Of a stretch of 24,922 nucleotides of DNA, positions 16,812-23,991 are shown one piece after another (position 1 is the stretch's first letter; each line of letters opens with the position of its first letter). The DNA is from a bacterium (lineage in GTDB: Bacteria > Patescibacteriota > CPR2 > UBA1875 > JAJYID01). The notes beneath the pieces are model-generated. The model was given only the letters and a program-made list of their open reading frames with translations. It was not told the DNA's origin and did not search any database. Location: assembly GCA_021823605.1 (NCBI GenBank), contig JAKANV010000001.1, positions 1 through 24,922 of the forward strand, in the 5' to 3' direction. The translations under genes were made by a program, and so were the position numbers.

Positions 16812-17904
16812 GATAACAAAACTATATTCTCCCTGGATAGGCGGCGTGGAAAAGGTTGTCCAGGATATTGCTGAGGGGATAAACGGCAAAAACGGCCTGA
16901 AGATTGAGGTTTTATGCTGCCAGCCGAAAGGCAGAGGCGAATCTAAGAAGATAAATGGGGTAACAATCCATAAATCTTCAAGCTTGGGCATCGTAAAAAG
17001 CATGCCTGTTTCTTTTTCTTTCTTTACTCAGTTTAAAAAACTTACCAAGGGCTTTGACACGCTCGCTATTCATCAACCATTCCCTTTGGCCGATCTTGCA
17101 GTATTCATTTTCAGGCCAAAAAAGAAGATAATCGTCCATTATCACTTTGACGTGTACAAACAAAAAATTTTGGGGCCCTTTCTTAAACCCTTCGCACTAT
17201 ATACGCTCAAAAAGGCGCAAAATATTATAGTATCCAACCCAAATGTAATCAAAAACTCACCTTATTTGAAGAAATTTAAGGGTAAATGCGTTATCATCCC
17301 CTTCGGTGTAGATGCTAAGAATATTCAGTCATCGACCGATGAGAAAAAAGTATCTGAACTAAAAAAACAATATGGTAATTTCGTCCTTTTCGTTGGTCGT
17401 CTCAGTTATTACAAAGGCATTCAATATTTAATTGAGGCAATGAAAGACATTTCAGCGAATCTCCTGATTGTCGGCTTGGGGCAAGAAGAGAAAAGCTTAA
17501 AGACACTCACTCAAGAGCTTGGGATTGGGAAAAGAGTCTTTTTCTTGGATAAACAGTCAAATGAAGACTTAGGTAACTACTACAAAGCCGCTTCAGCCTT
17601 CGCCCTACCGTCAATATACAAAAGCGAGGCATTTGGCATCGTTTTAATAGAATCGATGGCCTGTGGGACACCCCTGGTGACGACAGAGATAGGTACGGGG
17701 ACCAGTTGGGTAAACAAAGATGGTACAACCGGTTTTGTAGTCCCTCCAAAGGATTCTCTCGCTCTTTCTCAAGCTTTAAAAAAAATATTAGAAAATGATA
17801 ACTTAAGAAAAGATTTCTCTGAAAATTGTCTAAAAATGACGGCTTCAGTCTTCACAATTTCAAAGTTCAAGAAAGAGATTGTCGGCGCTTATACTCAAGA
17901 CTAA
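16798..17904 (+). CDS. GT4 glycosyltransferase (WfcD-like subgroup)
   Basis: YSPWIGGVEKVV, FVGRLSYYKG and LPSIYKSEAFGIVLIESMACGTP. ATG 16798 has GAGGAG 7 nt upstream; the ORF track uses TTG 16783. Confidence 0.9.
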   Translation: MKILEITKLYSPWIGGVEKVVQDIAEGINGKNGLKIEVLCCQPKGRGESKKINGVTIHKSSSLGIVKSMPVSFSFFTQFKKLTKGFDTLAIHQPFPLADLAVFIFRPKKKIIVHYHFDVYKQKILGPFLKPFALYTLKKAQNIIVSNPNVIKNSPYLKKFKGKCVIIPFGVDAKNIQSSTDEKKVSELKKQYGNFVLFVGRLSYYKGIQYLIEAMKDISANLLIVGLGQEEKSLKTLTQELGIGKRVFFLDKQSNEDLGNYYKAASAFALPSIYKSEAFGIVLIESMACGTPLVTTEIGTGTSWVNKDGTTGFVVPPKDSLALSQALKKILENDNLRKDFSENCLKMTASVFTISKFKKEIVGAYTQD

Positions 17905-17953
17905 AAAATAACCCCTCATTTCTTTTTTATCTCCCGAGAAAATTACTTTTCAA

Positions 17954-17980
17954 GAAGGTTGAGAATGAACTGCAACCTTC
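17954..17980. terminator. Probable bidirectional intrinsic terminator between the convergent GT4 and pilA genes
   Basis: Perfect 8-bp inverted repeat GAAGGTTG (17954-17961) / CAACCTTC (17973-17980), 11-nt loop, with A/T-rich flanks. Confidence 0.55.
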
Positions 17981-18003
17981 CTGGAAAAACAGATTTTCTT
18001 GGA

Positions 18004-18384
18004 TTAAGGACCTGAAATAGTTCCTATGCTACCACTACAGTTGCTATCAAATATAGTGAGAGTATAACCAGTCGTTGAAGAGTTAACGCTACCACCACCA
18101 TTAGCACAGTCAGCTGCACCAGTGTTTATACTAACTCCGGTCACTGTTCCTGTTGCAGCAGTAAATGCAGTTCCAGATGTTATAGAAGGATAGTTTCTGT
18201 TTCTGGAATAGTAAGCTTCCATCCCAGCCTGCATTGCCTTTGCGTTGGTTCTGTTTGATGTCTCCTTAGCAGTGTTTCTTGCTACCAAGATGGCACCGAT
18301 GATAAGAGCTGCAAGTACGGCAATGATTGCCATAACAACAACTACTTCGATAAGTGTAAAACCTTGTCTATTTAACTTTTTCAT
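18004..18384 (-). CDS. pilA: Probable major type IVa pilin
   Basis: MKKLNRQG|FTLIEVVVVMAIIAVL motif; 118-aa mature protein; 'EAYY...YP' motif; one Cys pair; strong SD AAGGAGGTG before ATG 18384; directly follows pilC. Assignment as the major pilin is inferred from size and expression signals. Confidence 0.85.
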   Translation of the reverse strand: MKKLNRQGFTLIEVVVVMAIIAVLAALIIGAILVARNTAKETSNRTNAKAMQAGMEAYYSRNRNYPSITSGTAFTAATGTVTGVSINTGAADCANGGGSVNSSTTGYTLTIFDSNCSGSIGTISGP

Positions 18385-18433
18385 TTTCACCTCCTTCCCC
18401 CCTTTTACAGGGTTTTTCTTTTGTTATGTTAAT

Positions 18434-18462
18434 ATTGAACCAATATGCTTATGTAAAGTCAA
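18434..18462 (-). promoter_or_regulatory. sigma70 promoter for pilA
   Basis: TTGACT (18462-18457), 17 nt ending TGG, TTCAAT (18439-18434). Confidence 0.5.
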
Positions 18463-18471
18463 TTCCTTTTT

Positions 18472-19695
18472 TTACTTTTTCGGCGTGAAGTTTTGGAAGT
18501 TCTGAATACTGTAAACCGGTAATAAAATACAGATTATTATCGTACCGACGATACCGCCCATTATCACAATCATTATCGGCTCCAGGAGCGACTGCAAACT
18601 CTTCGTCATATTATCAAGCTCATCATCATAGTAATCCGCCATATTTTGTAGCATCGTATCCAACTCACCGGTACTTTCACCGACTGCTATCATTTGTGAG
18701 ACCATTATCGGGAAAAGCTCCTCTTCTTTCAGGGAAGCCGAGAGTGCTTTACCCTGTTTTACCTTATCTTTTACTCTCGTAATTGAATCCGAATATATTA
18801 CATTCGGCATGGCTTCTGAAACTATTTGTAACGCGTCAAGAATAGGAACACCCGACGCGATTAAGCTGGCAAGAGTACGAGTAAAGATAGATAAATATGA
18901 AAGAGCTACAAATTTACCAACCAACGGAACGTTTATCTTTATCCTATGCCAGATGTATTTTCCCGTCTCATTTGTCCTTGTATATATTCTCGCGCTTATA
19001 AATGCTGCTACCGCTACTAACAAAACCAGCAAGAAATATCTAGCTAGAAAATGGCTTGTTGCAATCAAAAATCTCGTAGGCAGCGGGAGGGTGGAGTTAA
19101 AACTTTTATACAAACTTTCCATTTGCGGCAGAATGAAAATTATAAGACCAGCAACGACACCTATAACAACTACTGATAGAAAGGCAGGATAAATAAAAAC
19201 AGTTTTTATCTTCTTTAGGGTTTTATACGTTTTTTCTGTTTGATCTGCCATATGAACCAAAACTTCATCAATCTTACCACTGGCCTCACCGGCAGCAATA
19301 ATGCTAATGTCGGTTTTGTTAAAAGTATCGGGAAAAGCACCAAAAGCAGAAGACATGCTTCCGCCTGCTTCTATGTCACGAGTCATCTGCTCTATCATCT
19401 TTTTTACATTTTTCCGGGAAGTCTGTTCAAGAAGTGTAGATAGAGCTTGAGATATCGGCAATCCAGCATGTGTCATAGTCGCAAGTTGCCTAATAAAGAA
19501 CACTTTATCCTTTCTTGAAACTTTATTGCCGAATGAAATGCCACCCAAAGAGCTCTTTGAAGCTTCCTTAATATCAATAGGAACGATGCCTTTTGAAATC
19601 AAAAGTGTAGATGCAGCCTGTTCACTCTCCGCTTCTATTATGCCCTGTGCTGCCGCACCATCTTTACCTCTTGCTTTGTAGCTAAACTCTCTCAT
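18472..19695 (-). CDS. pilC: Type IV pilus inner-membrane platform protein (GspF/PilC family)
   Basis: FSYKARGKDG, FIRQLATMTHAGLPI, AGEASGKIDEVL, YPAF, VGESTGELD and LLEPIMI motifs. Confidence 0.95.
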   Translation of the reverse strand: MREFSYKARGKDGAAAQGIIEAESEQAASTLLISKGIVPIDIKEASKSSLGGISFGNKVSRKDKVFFIRQLATMTHAGLPISQALSTLLEQTSRKNVKKMIEQMTRDIEAGGSMSSAFGAFPDTFNKTDISIIAAGEASGKIDEVLVHMADQTEKTYKTLKKIKTVFIYPAFLSVVVIGVVAGLIIFILPQMESLYKSFNSTLPLPTRFLIATSHFLARYFLLVLLVAVAAFISARIYTRTNETGKYIWHRIKINVPLVGKFVALSYLSIFTRTLASLIASGVPILDALQIVSEAMPNVIYSDSITRVKDKVKQGKALSASLKEEELFPIMVSQMIAVGESTGELDTMLQNMADYYDDELDNMTKSLQSLLEPIMIVIMGGIVGTIIICILLPVYSIQNFQNFTPKK

Positions 19696-19698
19696 TTT

Positions 19699-20772
19699 TT
19701 ATCCGTGAAGAAGCCTTTCAAGCTCTTTTATATCAATTGCATAACCTTTAGCCTCATCGAGCGTGATTCTGCCGGTTTTAATAAGACTTGCGAGCGTTCT
19801 ATCCATTGCCTGCATTCCTTCTGAAGCGCCGGTCTGAATAACTGCCTCAAGCTGGTGAGTTTTCTGCTCACGAATGATATTTCTGACGGCCGGAGTAACA
19901 ACTAGAATCTCAGCCGCCGCAATACGTCCTCCGCCAATTGACGGGATAAGACGCTGAGAGACTATACCCTGTAAAATATTTGAAAGCTGAACTCTTATCT
20001 GTTGCTGCTGATGCGGCGGAAATACGTCTATCATTCTGTCTACTGACTGAGCAGCATTGTTTGTATGTAAAGTAGCGAAAACCAGATGCCCAGTTTCAGC
20101 AATGGTAATAGCCGCTGCGATAGTTTCAAGGTCACGCATTTCACCGATTAAAACTACGTCAGGATCTTCACGGAGAACACTCCTTAAAGCAGCCGCGAAA
20201 GAACGTGTATCATAGTGCACCTCACGTTGCTCAACAATAGATTTTTTATGAGAGTGGGTATACTCAATCGGATCCTCTACTGTAATAATATGGCACGCGC
20301 GTTCGCTATTTATCTTATCCACCATAGCTGCCAAAGTCGTAGATTTACCTGAACCGGTAGGACCCGTCACAAGCACTAAACCTCTCGGATATTCGGTAAA
20401 CTTATCCACTATCTTTGGCATTCCAAGCTGAGTTAGATTTCTAATGGCAACCGGTATCAAACGAAGTGCAAGCCCAACATTACCCTTTTGATGATATGCA
20501 TTTGCCCTAAATCTAGCCAAATCACCATAAGTAAAGGAGAAGTCCACTTCTTTATCGCGTTCTAATATATCTTTTTGTACATCATCAAGAATAGAAAGAG
20601 TCAAATCGTGTACATCTTTATCAGTTAAAGCCCTGGCACCTTCTACTGGGACAAGAGCACCGTCAACCCTAAGCATCGGCGGCACACCAACTGTTAGATG
20701 AAGGTCACTTGCGTCTTTCTTTATAACTTCCTCTAGGAAGTTTTCAATTTTTAGTTTTGCTGTTTCTGCCAT
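19699..20772 (-). CDS. pilT: Type IV pilus retraction ATPase
   Basis: ASDLHL, Walker A GPTGSGKSTT, EDPIE, Walker B LREDPDVVLIGEMRD, HLVFATLHT, and AVRNIIRE (AIRNLIRE motif). Confidence 0.97.
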   Translation of the reverse strand: MAETAKLKIENFLEEVIKKDASDLHLTVGVPPMLRVDGALVPVEGARALTDKDVHDLTLSILDDVQKDILERDKEVDFSFTYGDLARFRANAYHQKGNVGLALRLIPVAIRNLTQLGMPKIVDKFTEYPRGLVLVTGPTGSGKSTTLAAMVDKINSERACHIITVEDPIEYTHSHKKSIVEQREVHYDTRSFAAALRSVLREDPDVVLIGEMRDLETIAAAITIAETGHLVFATLHTNNAAQSVDRMIDVFPPHQQQQIRVQLSNILQGIVSQRLIPSIGGGRIAAAEILVVTPAVRNIIREQKTHQLEAVIQTGASEGMQAMDRTLASLIKTGRITLDEAKGYAIDIKELERLLHG

Positions 20773-20796
20773 GTCTTTGGCCCTCCTTCTACTATT

Positions 20797-20825
20797 ATTC
20801 TATGGAAATACAGTAAATTTTACAA
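20797..20825 (-). promoter_or_regulatory. Internal sigma70 promoter for pilT-pilC
   Basis: TTGTAA (20825-20820), 17 nt, TAGAAT (20802-20797); SD AAGGAGG before ATG 20772. Confidence 0.6.
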
Positions 20826-20838
20826 TGCTTTTGCTCTA

Positions 20839-22608
20839 TTACTCTGTTGTTGTTCTTACTACTTCCTCAAGTGTGGTAATACCTGCAAGAGCCTTCAAGA
20901 AGCCATCTTGGCGCATTGTCACCATACCTTGCTTAACTGCTGCCTCTTGAATATCGCTGGAGGAAGCATGCCCGACAATGAGATCTTCAATCTTTTCAGT
21001 TACACTAAATATCTCATAAACACCGGTTCTGCCCCAGTAACCCGTATTCTTACAATAGTCACAGCCTTTTCCTTTATATAACTTAAATTTTTCATCTTCC
21101 ATAAAAGGCAGGCTGTCGAATCCCAACTCTTGTGTTTTTTCTTTCGGGTCACTCTTTGAAGGCAAAATACCTTTTAAAGATAATTTAATAGCTTTAACAA
21201 GGCTCGGACTGGCCTCATATTCTTCCTTACAATGATCGCATATCTGCCTTACAAGTCTTTGGGCTATAACAGTATTTACTGTTGAGGCAATAAGAAATGG
21301 CTCAATATCCATTTCGAGAAGTCTTGGCAGTGCTCCGGCAGCAGAATTGGTATGAAGAGTGGAAAGTACAGTATGGCCGGTAAGCGCTGACTGAACTGCT
21401 AACTCAGCGGTTTCTTTATCACGAATTTCTCCGACCATTATCACATCAGGATCCTGACGCAAGATGGAACGTAAACCGGAAGAAAATGTCAAACCTACCG
21501 CATTATTCACTTGTATCTGGTTAATGCCATTAATATTATATTCTACCGGGTCCTCAACCGTGATAATGTTGACGCTTGGTTTATTTATCTTTGATAAAAC
21601 GGCATACAAAGAAGTAGATTTACCCGAACCGGTTGGACCTGTCGCCAAGATCATGCCATGAGGTTTCTTCGTGCCTTCCTCAATGATTCTAAAAGCTCTT
21701 CCTTTTATGCCAAGATTTTCAAGTGTAATGATGCCGCTTGTCTTGTCCAAAAGCCTGATAACAACTTTTTCGCCGTAAACAATTGGGGTTATAGAAATAC
21801 GAAGGTCAATTTCCCGGTCTTCAAGATTTAACTGAAAACGACCGTCTTGCGGAACACGATGCTCGTCTATTTTCAGGTTCGAAAGTATTTTGATACGTGA
21901 AACAAGTGCGGGATGGATGTGCTTGGGCAACGTCATTGTATTATACAAAATACCATCAATTCGATATCTGACCTTAATCTCTTTTTCCCTCGGTTCAATA
22001 TGGATGTCTGATGCCCTAGACTTAGCCGCATATTCTAATATCGTATTTAAAGCTCTGGTAATCGGTGCGTCTTGGGTAATAACAGCGGCATCACCCTCTT
22101 TACCCTCGTCTTCCTTTAAGTTTATCTCAGGAGGCTTCTCCATATTGCCAATAACATTTTGAACCTCAACCGAGTAATCGTCATATTGATTTAGGGCCTT
22201 CCTCATACCTTCTTCAGAAGCAAAGTAAGGCTTCAGTTTCAACCCGGTCTTTTTCTCAACATACTCGATGGCCATAATATCGTTGGGGTCAGTCATGGCT
22301 ACATTCAGGAAATCACCGACTTTGCCGAAAGATACCAGCTTGTATTTCTCAGCTATATCTTTACTGACAATATTTAGAATCGCCTTATCAATTTTTTTCT
22401 GGGATAAATCGACATAAGGCAAGCCCATGGTTACCGCCATAGCCTTTGTCAGGCCTTCTTTTGGTATCTCTGGCATATCATTTAATATCTTTTGTATTGG
22501 TTTGCCAGTTTCAGCGCTCTCAACCTTAATAAGGTCAAGCTGCTTTTGTGTCAGTAGACCTAGCTTGACCAGAAAATCTTCAAGTTTTTTTTCGTTTCTA
22601 ACAGCCAT
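20839..22608 (-). CDS. pilB: Type IV pilus assembly ATPase (GspE/PilB family)
   Basis: N-terminal GSPII_N/MshEN-like region, ASDIHIEP, RVPQDGR, Walker A GPTGSGKST, LRQDPDVIMVGEIRD, and tetracysteine Zn site (CDHC...CDYC). Confidence 0.97.
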   Translation of the reverse strand: MAVRNEKKLEDFLVKLGLLTQKQLDLIKVESAETGKPIQKILNDMPEIPKEGLTKAMAVTMGLPYVDLSQKKIDKAILNIVSKDIAEKYKLVSFGKVGDFLNVAMTDPNDIMAIEYVEKKTGLKLKPYFASEEGMRKALNQYDDYSVEVQNVIGNMEKPPEINLKEDEGKEGDAAVITQDAPITRALNTILEYAAKSRASDIHIEPREKEIKVRYRIDGILYNTMTLPKHIHPALVSRIKILSNLKIDEHRVPQDGRFQLNLEDREIDLRISITPIVYGEKVVIRLLDKTSGIITLENLGIKGRAFRIIEEGTKKPHGMILATGPTGSGKSTSLYAVLSKINKPSVNIITVEDPVEYNINGINQIQVNNAVGLTFSSGLRSILRQDPDVIMVGEIRDKETAELAVQSALTGHTVLSTLHTNSAAGALPRLLEMDIEPFLIASTVNTVIAQRLVRQICDHCKEEYEASPSLVKAIKLSLKGILPSKSDPKEKTQELGFDSLPFMEDEKFKLYKGKGCDYCKNTGYWGRTGVYEIFSVTEKIEDLIVGHASSSDIQEAAVKQGMVTMRQDGFLKALAGITTLEEVVRTTTE

Positions 22609-22610
22609 GG

Positions 22611-22850
22611 CTAGAAGTTAGCAAATGGATTATCTCTTCCTATATTATCCATTGGGGGTGAGCCATAATCTTTTCTCTTCTGCAGTTTGTTAATCGTGTC
22701 TGTATCAATCTGACCGGTAAACTCTATGGTTGCTTTATTCTGAGTAGTTGTCGGTTGGGATTTTGGCATTAAGCCTTTTGAAACAAAGTATGCAGCTAGA
22801 ATGATAACCAGCGCACAAATGACTACTACGATGATATCTGTTTTCTTCAT
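22611..22850 (-). CDS. Small single-TM protein in the PilP position, ending in GRDNPF
   Basis: 79 aa from ATG 22850 (GGAGG SD; 1 nt after the pilO stop): basic N-terminus, TM helix without lipobox Cys, low-complexity linker, C-terminal GRDNPFANF. Confidence 0.8.
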   Translation of the reverse strand: MKKTDIIVVVICALVIILAAYFVSKGLMPKSQPTTTQNKATIEFTGQIDTDTINKLQKRKDYGSPPMDNIGRDNPFANF

Positions 22851-22851
22851 T

Positions 22852-23439
22852 TTACTTTGCCTCCTCCGGTTGGCCACTATTCTCGCTTCTATAATAAGCC
22901 GTATAACTTAAGCTCACTGTAAAACTGTTTTGGCTGTTTATTTGGAAACTATTTAAGTGCAAATACCTTAAAGTGTTTTCAGACTCACTAAGAAGTCTTT
23001 TTAGGGTCGCATAGTCAGGAAAAGTAACACTGATATTAGAACCCAGCGTACTGATACCTTCTGTCCCTGCAGCAGCACTAGTACCAGCACCCTCGCTAAC
23101 AGAATTGCCTGTGCCATTGCCTGTGCCGCCTATGCTTGTGGCCAATCCATTTAACTGGATAAATAAATCTCCAACTTCCTTTTTGGTCGGTATTGCTCTA
23201 TACACAACTCGTGACTGTTCGCGAAGTTCATCTTCTTTGACTTTAAACTCTTTGAGTTTTGCCAGTTTTTGTTCGGCTATGCTAAGTTCCTCTTTGTTTT
23301 CTTTAAGATCTTTGTCGACTTTTCCGATGCTCTTAAATGATGGCACGATAATAAAAATCAAGGCCAAAATTACTACCAACGAGGTAACAGCAATTACCCC
23401 TCCAAACCAATAATACTTATCAAGTTTTTTATCTACCAT
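22852..23439 (-). CDS. pilO: Type IV pilus alignment protein PilO
   Basis: TM, coiled coil, 'AIPTKKEVGDLFIQL', ferredoxin-like C-terminus ('LRYLHLNSFQI'); follows pilN. Confidence 0.85.
   Translation of the reverse strand: MVDKKLDKYYWFGGVIAVTSLVVILALIFIIVPSFKSIGKVDKDLKENKEELSIAEQKLAKLKEFKVKEDELREQSRVVYRAIPTKKEVGDLFIQLNGLATSIGGTGNGTGNSVSEGAGTSAAAGTEGISTLGSNISVTFPDYATLKRLLSESENTLRYLHLNSFQINSQNSFTVSLSYTAYYRSENSGQPEEAK
23104..23127. repeat. In-frame 12-bp tandem duplication (ATTGCCTGTGCC x2)
   Basis: 23104-23115 = 23116-23127; encodes GTGN-GTGN in a Gly-rich loop of PilO. Confidence 0.65.
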
Positions 23440-23990
23440 AATATTCCTTGTTCCATCTCAAAACTTATACTAAAATCTATCGCATCTCCACTAGCGCTAT
23501 AGCTGGTTACACTAACATTTTTGAACAAGTTTCTACCGGTTTTTTCATCTTTATAGCTATCTAATGTATTCATCAACCTGGGGATAGAATATAGCTGCCT
23601 ACCCTTTATTTGTGCAGTAAATTTGTTGTCAGTTTGGCTTAAACTCAAAAACTGTACATCGTTTGGGGTGACCTTTTCCAAAACCGGAAAGAATCTCGAC
23701 CATTTTGGTTCGCTCTGCTCAATGTTATTTATCGCCTTTGTGCCCTGCTCAATATTAACAACCATATCTTCAATATCTTTGTATCCTTTCAGCTCATCAT
23801 TGGTACTGGCAATTTTCTTCTTTGTTTGGTCTAGCAGATAAATCTTAGACCATTTATATCCTTGCAGAACAAGTATAAATGCAACCATACCCGCTAAAAT
23901 AATTATAGCTGTAATAGTCACCATGAAGTTTCTTCTCTTTGTTTTTAGCTTATCCAGCCTTACATCTGGTGCAAGATTTATCTTTGTCAT
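23433..23990 (-). CDS. pilN: Type IV pilus alignment protein PilN
   Basis: N-terminal INLAP (INLLP PilM-binding motif), TM, coiled coil, and 'WSRFFPVLEKVTPNDVQF'. Confidence 0.88.
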   Translation of the reverse strand: MTKINLAPDVRLDKLKTKRRNFMVTITAIIILAGMVAFILVLQGYKWSKIYLLDQTKKKIASTNDELKGYKDIEDMVVNIEQGTKAINNIEQSEPKWSRFFPVLEKVTPNDVQFLSLSQTDNKFTAQIKGRQLYSIPRLMNTLDSYKDEKTGRNLFKNVSVTSYSASGDAIDFSISFEMEQGILW

Positions 23991-23991
23991 C

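Noticed and set aside
10010-17904. Interpretation as an LPS O-antigen or capsule cluster, or as an invertible segment
   Set aside because: No wzz, wzc/wza or lipid A-core genes, and no inverted repeats at the boundaries. It is not fully excluded without the rest of the genome.
18407-18456. XerD-arm-like TTATGTTAATA (18424-18434) upstream of pilA
   Set aside because: There is no XerC arm at 6-bp spacing; it is explained as AT-rich promoter and leader sequence.
544-23841. The many 60-130 aa ORFs overlapping larger genes (e.g. 2239-2532, 4143-4415, 4778-5053, 13990-14271, 18809-19192, 23105-23413)
   Set aside because: All lie inside or antisense to well-supported genes and have no recognisable motifs. 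The repeat in 4778-5053 simply mirrors the pilW repeat in another frame.
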